Below are positions 11,628 through 25,244 of a stretch of DNA of 64,000 nucleotides, piece by piece (the stretch's first letter is position 1; each line of letters begins with the position of its first letter). The stretch lies in the NCBI RefSeq assembly GCF_036321535.1, contig NC_087438.1, positions 9,984,001 to 10,048,000 on the forward strand. The letters are read 5' to 3'. A model generated the notes under the pieces. The model was not told the origin of the DNA. It saw only the letters and a list, made by a program, of their open reading frames with translations, and made no database searches. A program made the translations under genes and the position numbers. The DNA is from Camelus dromedarius. Lineage: Eukaryota.

Positions 11628-12125
11628 TGTACTGATGGCCCTCAGGTTAGGCTGCCTCAAAGTGGCATATCAATTATTTTGAATTAAAGTTACTTGAGAA
11701 ACAGCTGGTGCAAGAAGGACACACTGACCCTCATCTCTGTCCTCCTGGAAGCAGGAAGTGAATTTCCCACGTGAAAGGTACCCTCCCAGCTCCAGGAAGT
11801 AGGGAGACGTCCTTATCACCAGAGATGGGCAATTCAGGGCCGAGAAGGCTGTGTAAACAAATTCTACTTAATTTCTTCACTAATAAGTACCCAAACCTGA
11901 GTTTCTTTGTCTTGACAGCACTTCACAAATTTATTGTTTCTTTGTTTAAAAAGTACAAAAGCTGCCTGCTTTGGTCGTTTCTTTGGGTGCTGAGCTATGA
12001 GACCTCCGTACGTAAGTGATTAAATTTGTTTTTTGTTTTTTTTCTCTCCTGTTATTCTGTCTTGTGTCAATTTAATTATTGGGCCACCCAAAAGAACCAA
12101 AAGGGGTAGGGAGAAATTTTGTACA
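11628..12125 (+). mobile_element. ERV1 solo LTR, MER34/MER39-like
   Basis: TG...CA termini, flanks ACAT/AGAT, ATTATTTTGAATTAAAG and TCTCCTGTTATTCTGTCTTGTGTCAATTT motifs. Confidence 0.65.
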
Positions 12126-12142
12126 AGATCTCTCAAAAGCAA

Positions 12143-12558
12143 CATGGATGCTCCTGGAGAATGTCATTCTAAGTGAAGTAAGCCAGAAAGAGAAAGAAAA
12201 ATACCATATGAGATCACTCATATGTGGAATCTAAAACAAAACAAAACAAAACAAAACAAACAACAAAAAAAAGCATAAATACAGAACAGAAATAGACTCA
12301 TAGACAGAATACAGACTTGTGGTTGCCAAGGCGGTGGGGGGTGGGAAGATATAGACTGGGATTTCAAAATTGTAGAATAGATAGACAAGATTATACTGTA
12401 TAGCACAGGGAAATATATACAAGATCTTATGGTAGCTCACAGAGAAAGGAATGTGACAATGAATATATATATGTTCATGTATAATTGAAAGATTGTGCTC
12501 TACACTGGAATTCGACACAATATTGTAAAATGATTATAAATCAATAAAAAATGAATAA
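12143..12558 (+). mobile_element. Young L1 3' fragment
   Basis: Closely similar to 10380-10790; TSD AAAAGCAA at 12135-12142 / 12559-12566. Confidence 0.93.
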
Positions 12559-13805
12559 AAAAGCAATTTAAATGAATAAATGTTTCAATAGAAATTCTTT
12601 AAGTGACAGAACCAGCAAAAAATATAATAAAATACTTCTCTCTTGTGTTATCTCCTACCTTAATTTTAGAGCAGATTTGAGAAAGTTAAACTTGAGCAAC
12701 CAAGACCTTGTTTAAGCCTCTAGGAGGCTCAAGAACGCCGGTGACAATCTCACTTTAAGCAGCTAAAAGGAGAAACAGGCCAGGCAAACACTAAGTAATA
12801 TGCTCAACTCCACTCCATTCTCATCTAACCACATCTTTCCTTGGTAGTGTTCCAAGAAGGTGGCTAAAATATTTTATTTTCTATTTATTTAACCTTATTT
12901 ATTTTATTTTTATTCTTTGGTGTCATAAGTACAACCGCCTGTCAGATGAAGCCAATACTGAGGAAAATTCATTGCCAGAGAGTGAACATGCCATGTTCTT
13001 TTTAGACTTCAGTTTTCCAAAATGTTCATTGACATTCCTCTAAATCATTGCAGAAGTGGTTGTGTATATCTTACAACATGAATCATAAATAGTGAGATTC
13101 AAAATCCTGGGAAAGCTGTAGACCTGGTTCAAGTTAAAGGCAGGATCCTCTATTCTTAGACTCGTAATAGACATGCAGTGGTTACATTACTCTTTCCAAA
13201 ACTATCATTAAATAGATTTCTGAAGAGTTGTTGCTTCTGAGAAGAGTGTTTTGGTGTCCACCAATAGCAAGTTCATTAATACCGAAGGGCACGTGTCCTT
13301 TAAACTGTGGCAATACTTATTTCCCAAATTCCATGGGCCGAAGTTACTAGAAAGTGTATCCTGGGTTCTCAATTTACTACAACATTGTTGCCGTCTGCTT
13401 AAAAGGCTGTGCCACGAGAGGGAATGTAATGAGGAGGGTTAATGTTCCAGCTACTTTGAGTGTGCATATTTTAACAAGATGTGATTTAAAATTCTGAGAA
13501 GCACAGATGGTTGATCAAGTGCAAGAATTGTGATGGATGGAGGATCACATATGAATGCTGAGCCCAATTACAAACATCAAATACCACTTGGATTAGCATT
13601 CGCTGTAATGTTTTGGTTATCCTGCAACAAGAAGTTAATGGCTGATGACACTACAATTCAACAATACATTAATCTATTTTGTGAAAGACTCATCCTCTCC
13701 ACTTTCCTTCCTTCTTTTGACAGAGTTTAATAGTAAAGGGTGTGAGAAGTTGAGTAGCATTTCCCACTCATTCTAGAGGAACTTTTCAAGCCCCTCAGTA
13801 CCATT

Positions 13806-14580
13806 GTGGTTTAGAATAAGAAATATATATGTGTTCTTCATTCCTAAAGCTCTCGATATTTCCTGTGATGAAAGAGATAAAGTTGTCTTTTGTTATGTTA
13901 ATGATACGACTTTTGGAAAAGACCTAGGGTGGAGACTGGTTGCCAGGAGAACTAATCAGGTGATTAGAGGGTTGGAACTTCCAGTCCCACCGCCCTGACC
14001 TCCAGGGAGGGGAAAGGGCTAGAAGTTGAGTTCAATAGCCAATGGCCAATGATTTAATCAACCATGCCTAAGAACCAAAAGCCTCCCTAAAAATCTCAAG
14101 AAGACAGGGTTCAGAGAGCTTCTGGTTGGTGAACACATGGAGATGCCAGGAGAGTGGTGTGCCCAGAAAGAGTATGGAAACTCCTCACCCTTCTCCTATA
14201 CCTTGCCCCACCCATCTCTTCCATCTGGCTGTTTCTGAGTTATAGCCTTTTATAATAAGCTGGTAATCTAGTAAGTAAAATGTTTCTGAGTTCTGTGAGT
14301 AGTTCTAGCAAATTAATCAAACTCAAGGAAGGGGGTCAATGGAACCTCCAATCTATAGCTGGTGGTCAATAGCAAAGCTGACAACCTTGACTTTCAATTG
14401 GATCTGAGGTGAAGGTAGGTGGTAATCTGGTGGGACTGAGCCCTTAACCTGTGGGATCTGTGGCTATTTCCAGGTAAAGAGCTCCAGAATTGAGTTGAAT
14501 TACAGGACACTAGCTGGTGTCAGAGAACTGCTTGTTGTGGGGGCAAAACCCACACGTGGGAATTGGAGTCAAAATCAGTA
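13806..14580 (+). mobile_element. LTR, MER21-like
   Basis: GTGATTAGAGGGTTGGAACTT...CCAATGGCCAATGATTTAATCAACCATGCC...GAGCTTCTGGTTGGTGAACAC. Confidence 0.75.
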
Positions 14581-15907
14581 GTCCCTTTCACATTCAGTTC
14601 TGGTAGTATGGCAATTAGTCAGCTATTAAAGACTTAGCCATCTCTTGCAGTTGGATTGCCCAGTTACAATCTCTACTTTTTGGACATTCTGCCTCCTTTC
14701 CACAGCTTGTCTGTTACACTTCCTGCCTATAGTTACAGCCCACTTGTAGGTTTGGCCCTTTCCAGAACTTGGCATCACTAGAAGGGAGACTACAAGGAGC
14801 CCCAGACCAAAACCTAGCCTCAGGGCTGCTTTGGTTTGACTCTTATTCTAGACACTGGGCTTTTTCGACTCTCCACTGAGTGCCTTTTCTGGTTCTGTGC
14901 AGTCCCTGCCCCAACAAGACAAGGATCGTCCTTGGCTCCTTCAGGTACTCCAGGACCTGGACCTTTATACATCGACATGGGAGAGACTTGGGACTACACA
15001 CCAGTTTACGTGTATGTGTGTGAGCCTGTGAATATATGTAAAAGTAATTTACTGCTGAAAGTCTTCTGTTTCCTGGTTTCTAGGTGATGCCTCTCAAAAG
15101 AAGATATTAATTCTATCTGAACAGAATACTGTCTGTGACTCCCTGGCTTCTCTTTGATATAGTTCAGTATTTTTGAACACTTATTACACAGCAGGAACTG
15201 AAATATGTAGGCAGTGAGATACAAGTAAGATAAACATGGCCCCTACTCTCAAAACCCCACCAGTCAACCAATAAATATAATAATACAGTGGAAACTCTTG
15301 AATAGTAGAATCACAGATGTGCAAGGTATAGGCATCAGGGAAAGAAATAGGACAAGAACATTTGTAAATGGTAAGTAGTTCTGAACAGAACTATGTAATT
15401 GTAGGTAAAGATGTTTAACTATGTCTGTATGTTGGGGGAGGTGTAAATTAGTGTTGATGGGTGAGTGGTACCCAGTGTATAAATTGGATCTATGCGTCTG
15501 ATTTTTCTCTAACTCTGTTTCTTCCTAAAATGACCTGAAATCACACGGCATTAAATAATTATTGCAATGAATGAATAAACACATATACAAAGGAGTCAAT
15601 CATTGTATTTTATAAGCACATGGGATGCTTGTCCTCCCATTTTAAGTTCATTTACTGAAGTAACTTCCAACTCTGAGTTCTTTTCCAATGACCCAGGCAT
15701 GGAGATTTTGGGTTCCAAGTGTCATCTAAAGGTAAACAGAAAGTTCTGTATTTGAATTAAAATACGGGGAATCATTTCATTCTCTGCCCATCCAGATCCT
15801 CCCTGTTCCTCTGGGTGATGTGCCCATCATCCTTTGCGCCCTGGGCATCACCACAATTTCTGAACTTCTTATTTCTGAACGCTTACTGCCTGGGCTCTCA
15901 TTTGGCC

Positions 15908-15911
<4 letters not shown>

Positions 15912-15938
<27 letters not shown>

Positions 15939-16057
15939 GATGAGGAGAGGTAATTAGGTTTATTTATTTACTATTAGAGGAGGTACTGGGGATTGAACTC
16001 AGGACCTCACGCATGCTAAGCATGCACTCTACCACTTAAGCTATACCCTCCCCACTA
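15912..16057 (-). mobile_element. tRNA-Ala-derived SINE (camelid Vic-1 type)
   Basis: Minus strand GGGGAGGGTATAGCTTAAGTGGTAGAG...GAGTTCAATCC (Pol III A/B boxes, AGC anticodon loop), long poly(A) tail, perfect 13-bp TSD CATTTGGCCACTT (15899-15911 / 16058-16070). Confidence 0.9.
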
Positions 16058-16189
16058 CATTTGGCCACTTCCTTGTCTTCCTTAACAAGCCTGTAAAATC
16101 ACGGAGAACATGATATTTTGTCCTCATGCTTGGTGCATTGAAGTCTCTCCAGAAACATGTGTAGGAGTGGGGAAGATAAAGAGACAGAG

Positions 16190-17030
16190 GGAACACTTGA
16201 AGAGATGCTCAACATCAGTCATCAGTGAAATGCAACTCAAAACCACAATGAGGTAACACTTCACACTAGAATGGCTAAAATAAAAAAGACAGACAATAAC
16301 AAGTATTGATAACGATGTGGAGGTATTGGAAGCCTCCCCTATTGCTGGTGAGTCAAATGGCAAATGGCAAATGGCACAGCCACTTTGGCAAACAGTCTGA
16401 TAGTTCCTAAAAATGCTAAACACAGACTTCTCGCATAACCCAGTTATTTTATCCTAAGTGCAGACCCAAGAGACTGAAAATTAAAACTTGGACATAAATG
16501 TTCATAGCAGCATTATTCATAATAGCCAAATGGAACTAACCTAGATCATTGAATAACATTTTATTATCTGGGAATACCACATTATCTATCCAACTGATGA
16601 ATGAATAAACAAAATGTATTATATCCACACAACAAAAGATTATATGGTAATAAAAAGCAATGAACTATTAGTACATGCTAGAGCATAGGTGAATCCTAAA
16701 ATTATAATGCTAAGTGCAAGAAGCTGGTCACAGAAGACCACATATTGTATAATTCCATTCACGTGAAGTGCCCAGGATAGGCAAATCCACACCACAGAAA
16801 CAGGAAGTAGATTAGTGGTTACCTAGGGTCGGGGAGAAGGGTGGGGGAATGATGAATGACTCCTAATGAAAAGAGGTTTCTTTCTGATGTGTTGAAAATA
16901 TTCTAAAATTGGATTGTGGTGATGGAGGCACAATTCCATGAATATATTAAAAATCGCTGAACTGTGTACTTTCAATGGGTGAATTTCGTATTATGTGTAA
17001 TATAAATATCAATAAAGCTATAAAAAGAGA
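16190..17030 (+). mobile_element. Old L1 (L1MB/ME-like) 3' end
   Basis: GAAATGCAACTCAAAACCACAATGAG...ATGTTCATAGCAGCATTATTCATAATAGCC...AATAAAGCT. Confidence 0.85.
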
Positions 17031-18619
17031 AAAGGAAATGCTTTATGAGACTTAACGTCAAATCAGTTAGATACATTCTTGAATGTAAATACTCATGTTG
17101 TGAATGACACTCCCCCAACAGAAGTCGGCCTCATATGAGCAGCATTTTTCCGAAGGCGACAAATTTCCTTGTTTCACTCACTCTGGGAATTAAAGTCTTG
17201 AATTTAATAGATATGAAGAAGTCACTAAGTTCAGAAAATTATCCATAACAACACATATGGATTTGGTGAGAGTGACTGAATTCAGTCCATGGAGTGAAAA
17301 CTAAATATAGTTGACAATAGACTTGACTTAAGCATAATTATACACCCAAATGACAATGATACAGCGCAGGAGGAAGTGAACTTCAAGTTAGTAACTTCTG
17401 GCTTCCGCATTAGGAACAACGTGAGGGCTGGTTCTGGAGCGTGTTTCTGCGCATCCCGTGGCGCTCTTGCCTCGATCTGGTTGGTTGTCAGATGTCACTT
17501 TCTGGTTGCAGAACCTCTGTTATTTGCAGAAATTAGCCTCTGCTCAAACTTTACTTATCCTCTAGGACCTAATCAGTGGCATGCCTAAGCCATGAAATCC
17601 AAAAGGGTCTACTGATAATTTCTTCCTGCCCCTAAGTGGCTTCTGTGTCTCTGTGTGCACATGCTGGTCCCAGAGCTTCCTTCTGTCCTTTTAGGTCCTG
17701 CATTCTACCCTGTGCTGAAGCCTGTACGATCCTTCTGCCTTGGGCAGGAAGAGTGATTTAACTCAGCCTGCCTTGGAATCTTTGACTGGGGTCTCCTTTC
17801 AGATGTCCCTGGAAAGGCACTAACACCTCGGATGTTAACCTCGGATGATAATTGCTTAGGTTGCCCTCCAGTGCTTGGGACAGAGGGGACAACTGGGTTG
17901 CTGTATGGGCATCCTTTTTCTCCTTCCTCCCACCCTCTGTTTCTCCCTGATGCCATTCTTTCAGGGTGCTTGATTCTCCAGAGCCCCCATGTTTGCCCCA
18001 GGAATTCACACCTTGAATTTTGCCTTAAGCTTTTGGAATGAAAGCAGAGAACTGAACACAGTCTTATTAGTCAAAAGGAAAGGGAAGGAGAATGGAAATC
18101 AGAGGACTTTTCAGGACCGTAACAATTAACATCCCCAGAGCAAAAGCAGATTCAAGACTTGGGGTCAAGACAACCTACTCTGCTCTGCAACTGTCTAAAT
18201 GCTGATGGCAAAAAATTTCAGCTGAGCTGAGTGGTTCCACTACAAATCTATGTTTTCCATCTCACAGCTGGGTTCTGAATGCATCTTGACAATGATTTTC
18301 CTAATCACCACATGATTTCCTTTCCATCCCTCTCTGCAGCTGTTACAAGCCTTCACCATTCTCCCAGTTCCCCACCCCCACCCCTACCCTCTTCCTTCCC
18401 TCTCAGTGGATTTCACCTTCAGCAAAAAGGAGACACCATGGGCTGTGACCTTCGTCAGCATCCCTTCCTTTGGCTCAATGTCCCTTTCTCTGCTAAGAGT
18501 TGGGTCACCATTTTTCCTTCTGGTCTCTCTCGGGGAAGAGTCCTGAATACTACCAAAATCAGCCCTGCATCCCTTGTAGGAAAAACAGGTTAATGCAGAG
18601 AGATGGGGATTTGAGTTTT

Positions 18620-18780
18620 TGCAGCTGTGGGCAGGTGTTAACCTCTCTGTGCTTCAGTTCTATCCTCTATAAAACGGGATTAATATACAGCAATTGTAAG
18701 GACTTCATTCACTTTAATTCATCTTGGTAAAGAATTTAAAACAATGCCTGGCACATAAGAAACCTTATTATCATTGTGTA
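18620..18780 (+). mobile_element. MIR SINE
   Basis: TTAACCTCTCTGTGCTTCAGTT...CTATAAAACGGG...TGCCTGGCACATA core. Confidence 0.7.
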
Positions 18781-20389
18781 GTAATATGAATGTGTATTGT
18801 ATTATGTATATTAATTAATGTGTAGTAATTACTGTGTGTTAATATCAATAATGGTTCATCATTATTTGTGAATCTTCAAAGGGGGAATGAATATCAGTTA
18901 GCTGCTGCCCGGTTTCTGATGCCCAGGAGCACCTAGGAAAGTTCATCAGGACAGTGTTCAACGGCACACCTGCACTGAAATTAACGTCTAGTTTCTCACT
19001 TGCCCTTTACCGCCAACTCCATCCGAAGTGATCTACAGTACAGCCCCTTCCTCCCGCCTGTGTTTCTCTCTACCCCTGTAATCTGTGCCCCCCGCCCCCA
19101 CCCCCTCATAGCTCTGTAAAGGGCACATCTCTCCGACGAACCCCTAAAGAGCAAACCCACAGAACATGTCTTGGTTCTTTTCCTACTTTACCACCACAGA
19201 CTTGGCCACACTCATCATCGCGTCCTCAAACTCCCTTCTACCTTGACCCATGGGGCATCATTCTCCTCCCTCTCCACCTCTGTCAGCAAGCTTTCCCTTC
19301 ACTGGCTTTGCTATTTCACCCACCTCCCAAAATGTAGCTGCTGCTCTATACCTGGTCACCTTCCTTCACTCTTCTCTACCCTCCTTCATGGGTCTGGTGA
19401 CCCTCCAGAACAGTGCTTCTGGGAGAGTCTGGTCGACATCTGCTGTTCCCCTTTCTCTCTCAAAAGTGTCTCAAGTTTGGACCACAAGTATGTATGTAGT
19501 CGCTCTGTCTATGAGGGGTTTCATCCTCTTTGCAGCTCCATCCCTAGCATCATCTCTGGGCCACAGTGATGGTGGCCAAGGGGATAGACAACAATCCACA
19601 TCAGCTCCCCCTCCCTTCACAGGTGACTGACCTTTTCTTTGTCTTATGTAAGAAGCTTCACATGGTAGTCCCCTTGCCCTGTTTCCAGTTTGCTGCCCCT
19701 CCTTTATAGATATACTGGGACTGCCACTGAATGCAAGTGTCTCCCAAAATGACTCCCTGTCCATCCGTCCATCCCCTACCTCACCTTTAAGCCTCAGACC
19801 CAGCATTTCTAAGACTCTGATGGACAATGCTGATCACTAGTTCCCAGACACCCAAAACTCAGTAAGGACAAAACTGAAGTCCCTATCATCTCTCTAACTG
19901 GATCCTCCCCTAGCTCGTGTACCTACCCAACTCATGCCACAATCGAGGGGAGGTGGCCACCCCTACAGCCCTGCTAATGAGATAACAGGGATCATCTGGA
20001 CCACAGAACCCCACGTGCCCCTCCACAACTGACCAGACCCAGGAGGTGGCTACCAAATCTAAAGGGAGCCAACCCATAGGCATTCTGTGTGGCCTTAGCC
20101 CTGGCTTGCCAAAGTCTTCTTTCAGGAACATGGAATTGGGATCCTGAAAGACTGACTTATTTACCCACATGAAGAAACATCAGAGAGAGTGGCTCAGTCA
20201 AGGAAATAAGATGGATTGAAAGAAGGATAGAGGGATGCACAGAGGAGTAGCTACGTGACGTTGAGCAGCTCTTGGTGGTAACACATCAGTATTCAATGTC
20301 AAGCTGTTTCCGCTTTGTTGTATGTTTAAAACTGTCTATCATAAAGTGCTGGGGGAGGGGGGAAGGCCTCGGAAGGTGTCACTCCTTAA

Positions 20390-20760
20390 ATAATGAATTT
20401 AATAAATACTTCTTGAATATTCACTCTGCTAAGTACCGAGGAGCCAGTGAGAACGGGAAACACGTTGCCTGCCCTCATGGAGTTTACAGTCTAGAGGGGG
20501 AGGCAGAATCCCATGTTAATCACACAAGTACATAATTCTGAACCAAGACAGGGGCTGTGAAGAAGAAGGAAGGGTGTAGTGAAGATTAGAACAGAGGGAC
20601 CTGATTTAATAGCAGGGACACTCCCTTGAGAAAGTGACATTGAAGATGGCACCTAGAGCATCAGCAGGGTTAGCACATGAGCAGTGAGAGCAGGAAGCTG
20701 TCCAGGCAGAACCATGAGTATGGCCCTTTTTAGGAATGGAGACAGGCCCTGTGCGCTTAG
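20390..20760. mobile_element. L2 LINE fragment
   Basis: TGCCTGCCCTCATGGAGTTTACAGTCTAG...GAAAGTGACATTGAAG. Confidence 0.6.
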
Positions 20761-21629
20761 AGGGCACGGAACAGGGGGACGTCCGCAGGGACCACAGCAT
20801 ACAGGGGCCACATCGTGCAAGCACTGGGAGGGAGAGGTGTGGTTCCTGGGGGTGGGAGGGAAATGACAAGTTGAAGTCACTTACAGCCAGAGTCTGAGGG
20901 AGCAGAAAGGATGTACAAGCAGAAAGGGCTGATGAGGACAGCAGAGGCGGGATAATGCAGCAGATGTGAAGGAAAATAGAAGCCATTTGTTATAGTTCAT
21001 AGTCAGGGTGGGGCAGGCCATGAGCAGCCAGTACCTGGGGCAACCAGGGTTCCAGCTCCAGCGCTCATCTGAGAAGATCCTAAGAAGTAAACTGTCTTCT
21101 GCTGGTGCCAAACTAGAGCACGACATCACCAAGTATTCAGGCCCCCACGACCGAGCCTCTCCCACATCTCCTCACCTCCTCTCTCAACGCCGCATCCTGC
21201 GACCAAGCCCTGTTAGCCTGCATCCTTGAATCTGTGTTTTTGTTTTCTTTATCATTTCCACCAGTGCCATCTCTACTTCTGTGTGCACCATTAATTCCTA
21301 GCCCAGTCGGGCTTCTGCCCTTTAACTTTACTGAACGAGTCTTTGCCTACCACCTCTTCATTGCTAAAACCTGTGGCTTCTTTTCAGTCCTTTTTCTACT
21401 TGTCTCTCAGGAGTTTTTAATTCTGTTGACCAGATTCGTCATCTCAAAATGGTTTCTTCCACTTCCAAGCCTCCTTACTCCTCTAGTTTTCCTTCTACCT
21501 CTCTTGCTCCCCTCTCAGTCCCTTTGTAAGTTTTGTTTCCTCTGCTCATCCCGTAAATGATTCTATCTCCACATCTCCCTATGAGACCCATGACTTCAGT
21601 TTCCTTCTTTTGTCCTCTAGGCTCTAGAG

Positions 21630-22288
21630 CAGTATTGTCCAGTACAATTTGATCGTTGTTACGGGTGAATTATATTCTCCCAAAAGATATGTTCGGGTTC
21701 TAACCCCCAATTCATGTGAATGTGCCCTTATTTGGAAATAGGATCTTTGTACATGTCATTGAGTTAAGATAAGGTCATACCAAATTAGGATGGGCTCTTA
21801 AATCCAATGGCTGGCGTCGCTGTAAGGAGAGATCTGGAGACATGTACTCAGGGAATAATGAGGTCAGATGAAGATAGAAGCAGAAACTGGAGTGATGCGT
21901 GTACAGCTAAGGGATGCCAAGGACTGCTGGCAACACCAGAAGCTCAGAGAAAGTGATAGAACAGATTCCCTCCCAGAGCCTCTAGAGGGAGCATGGCCAG
22001 CAGACACCATCATTTCAGACTTACGTACCCTCCAGAACTGTGAGAGAATGAATTTCTGTTGTTTTAAGCCACCTGGTTTGTGGTAATTTGTTACGACATC
22101 CTTAATACAGCATTGATGGAAATGTTATTTATCTGCCTTGTTCAACATGGTGGCTGCTAGCCATATGTGGCTACTGAGCACTTGAAATGTGACTGGTATG
22201 ACTAAAGAACTGCAATTGTATTTCCTTTAAATTAATTTAAATTTAAATGGCAGCACGTAACTGGCGGCCACCATCTTGGACACAGCAG
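21630..22288. mobile_element. hAT-Charlie MITE, MER3-like, split by an MLT1 LTR
   Basis: CAGTATTGTCC...GATGGAAATGTT...GCTAGCCATATGTGGCTACTGAGCACTTGAAATGTG...GGACACAGCAG; 8-bp flanks CTCTAGAG/CTCTAGGT. Confidence 0.8.
21657..22109 (+). mobile_element. MaLR solo LTR, MLT1B/C-like
   Basis: TGTTACGGGTGAATT...CTTATTTGGAAATAGG...CCTCCAGAACTGTGAGAGAATGAATTTCTGTTGTTTTAAGCC...AATACA. Confidence 0.85.
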
Positions 22289-23714
22289 CTCTAGGTCCAC
22301 ATATCAGCCGACGGCAGGGCACTTCCTCGTGGACGTCCCATGAGCAACCCAAACCCACTGAGCATGCCCACGACAAATGTCTTTCCCTCAAACTGCTCCT
22401 CCTTCTGTCTCACAGAAGATGCCTCTTTCACACCCCCAAGCCATGGGCGTCCTCCTGGGCTCCCCTTCTCCCCTGGCCCCCAGATGAAGCAAGACTTCTG
22501 AGTATCTCCGCTCCTAGGATCACATGGTCCTTCCCGATCAGGCCCCTCCCAACTCCTCTGGCCACTGTCTCCTCCAAGGGGTCCTCACTGGAGCCCCCAA
22601 ACTAGATTAGGTGCCCCTTTTCTGCTGAACTCTCCTGTTGCAGGAGGGCTAACACAATGGAAATAACCCCCTTGTCTTGTCTGTCTGTCCATTACTGGCT
22701 GTTTCTACAGTACTTAGCACTGTGCCTGGCATATGGTGGGCACTCAATAAATACTTGATGAATGAATTAATTAATTAATTAATTAAAGGAACTAAACAGT
22801 ACAGGTTGTCAGGGGAAATTGTTAGCATTGTTGCTAATTAGGGATACTAGAAAAAAATAAAAGAGAGAATACATTAAAATTTGCTTTGGTGGCATCCAAG
22901 TGATACTGGTTACAGTTATTTATGTGAAATCTTACTTTTTATGCCTAATTACCATGCAGTAAAAGCAAGGATTATGTGCATCATTAGATGTGTCAGATCA
23001 ACTTGGTTGGGTTTTATTTCATTATAACAGTGAATTATGCACATAAGCTCAGACCACATAAATAACTGTGGATGGAGCTAGTTGTCTGTTCCCACCCTTG
23101 AAAAAGTTTCTTTCCTCTATTTCCAATTCCATCGTATCTGCCACATCAGGGGCACCATGAAAATAAGTGATGGGAAGAGAAGTGGGTGATCACTTGTGAC
23201 CGTGCAGAATACAAAGCAATTATGAGTTGATTGTGATGCTGATACTGTGGATATGTTATTCATCATTATAATGCACTTGACAGCCACAGAGGGTTTCATG
23301 AGCATCGTTTGATTTAATCATCTCATTAACCCTGTGGATAACTCTCAGAGTTTTAGTGATTTGTTCTAGTGTCCGGAAAATAGCCCATGTTAAGGCAAGT
23401 TTGGAAAGAATGGGGCTCAAAGTTACCTACATTTTAAATTACACTTGCCAAGGTTTGTATAAAGCATTTTTATACATATCTCATCAATAACACCCCAGTG
23501 ATTTTGGTATTAGAGTTCTCTTTTTGCAGACAAGGCAACCGAGGGTCAGAAAGCTTGACTAACTTGCTCAAGGCCTAAAGAGTGGTAAACGATGATTTTT
23601 GAGTGTGGATTCTTTGGCTCGAGAACCCATATTTTTTTCCACTCTGCTTAGTTTATGCCTAATGGTCCATGTTTAATCTGGAAAGTAGGAATAAAGACAT
23701 CTTTCTAGGCAAGA

Positions 23715-23985
23715 GGTGCTGGGCTGTATCTGCAAGACAGCCCAAAGAACAAGGCTCAGAATATTATCTACAACCCTGGAGGAGGAACTGAAAGTCCTTG
23801 ACTTTGTTTAATGGCTAAATTATTATTTGGTTTTGCTTGACTTATTTCCCTTGCTTCTGCATTTTCTCATTTTTCTGATTAAATTTGTTCTTTGGCTAAA
23901 GTTTTTCTACAGACAGGAGGCAGGGGGAGGACCTTGGTGGGGGAGGTCTATCCTAGGAAGGCCTTACAGGTCCTGCTGAGTTTTA
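23715..23985 (-). mobile_element. 5' half of ERV1 LTR related to 1162-1780
   Basis: Reverse complement aligns by eye to 1162-1425 (AAACT.AG.AG.ACC...TGTAGAAAA...GTTCCTCCTC.AGGG). Confidence 0.65.
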
Positions 23986-24118
23986 AAGGCTTGGAAGAAG
24001 CAAGTGGAAAAGGTTTTAAACAGCTGCTCTGAGGGTCACCAAAGGAGCCAATCTAGGTAAAGTATGAGAATTTTTAAGCATTCCTGAAAGCCTGGCTGAA
24101 AAATATCTCTTATATTAT

Positions 24119-24595
24119 ATGGTATATTAAAGATGGCCAAAAATTCTTTGGCCCTCCTCCCATTGAGAGGGGAATCTATTTCCACTTCCCTTGAATCTAA
24201 TTGGCTTGTGATTGTATCGGACACTGGAGTGGGAAATCCATGCTGCTTGATTTCCAAGGGTAGGCTACAGGAGGCTTGATGTGTGTGCCGTAGTCTCTGG
24301 GAGCCCCCTCTCTGGGTGCTCTGAGCCGCCATGCTGAAGGACCAAGTGTTGGCACCCCAGTTGACAGTCCCAGCTGAGCCCAGCTTTCCAATCATCCCCC
24401 CTGAAGGGCAAGACACATGAATGATGGTGTCCTGGGCCCTCCAGACCAGCCTGTCTACCACCCAGTAGCTTCAGTGAATGCCACATGGAGCAGAATAATT
24501 GCACAGCTGAGCCCTGCCTGAAATCCTTGCCCACAAAACTGTTCTAAACCAGCAAGTTTGGGGATAGTTTGGTACTCAGCAAAAGATAACTAGGG
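24119..24595 (+). mobile_element. MaLR LTR, MLT1F/G/H-like
   Basis: AAAGATGGCC...CTCCTCCCATTGAGAGG...CCCAGCTGAGCCCAGC...CAGCTGAGCCCTGCC...GATAACT. Confidence 0.75.
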
Positions 24596-24712
24596 TATGC
24601 CCCAAGTTCATTTGGTAGTTTCCTTCTCTTCATGGTGCCAAACAAATAAACAGCCAAGGACCAGGCTAATACACAGTCAAAATGAAACAAACTGGTCTTT
24701 CCTAAGGCATTT

Positions 24713-24786
<74 letters not shown>
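24713..24786. repeat. (CA)n microsatellite, ~37 units with one interruption
   Basis: Direct reading. Confidence 0.97.
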
Positions 24787-24787
<1 letters not shown>

Positions 24788-25128
24788 GATCCTGGCAAAT
24801 GTGGACTTCAGACAAATAGTCTTTCAATGGATTGATTTGAAATATCACCCATAAAATAATTTTGCCTTTGAAAGGTATCAAGCACTGATAAAAAGAAAAT
24901 GTCTGTGAGGGTACAGCTGGGACAGATAAGATATTCTTTTCATCATTTCACCATCTCCATTTTCAGCACCCAACAGCTTTTTGAGTGTTCAACTCTAATT
25001 TGAAAAAGAAACAAGAGAGCACATCTGTTCTCTCCCCTGTCTTGACACACATTTAATCACACCCAGATACGCAAGTTCTCTCACGTTACTCCAGTTCACC
25101 TTCTGATGATGCTGACATGACAGGGGCA

Positions 25129-25190
25129 TTTTTTTTAATTGAAGTGTGTTTGATTTACAGTGTTGTGATAGTTTCTGGTGTACAGCACAG
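25129..25190 (-). mobile_element. Very short L1 3' terminus
   Basis: TTTTTTTAATTGAAG...GTTTCTGGTGTACAGCACA is the reverse complement of the end of the adjacent L1. Confidence 0.7.
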
Positions 25191-25244
25191 AAAGTGGCAT
25201 GTTCTGAAGATCCATCACACAGTGTAAGTCAAGAACGCAGAAGA

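Noticed and set aside
15975..16053. tRNA-Ala gene
   Set aside because: Followed by a SINE tail and poly(A) and flanked by a TSD; it is a SINE head
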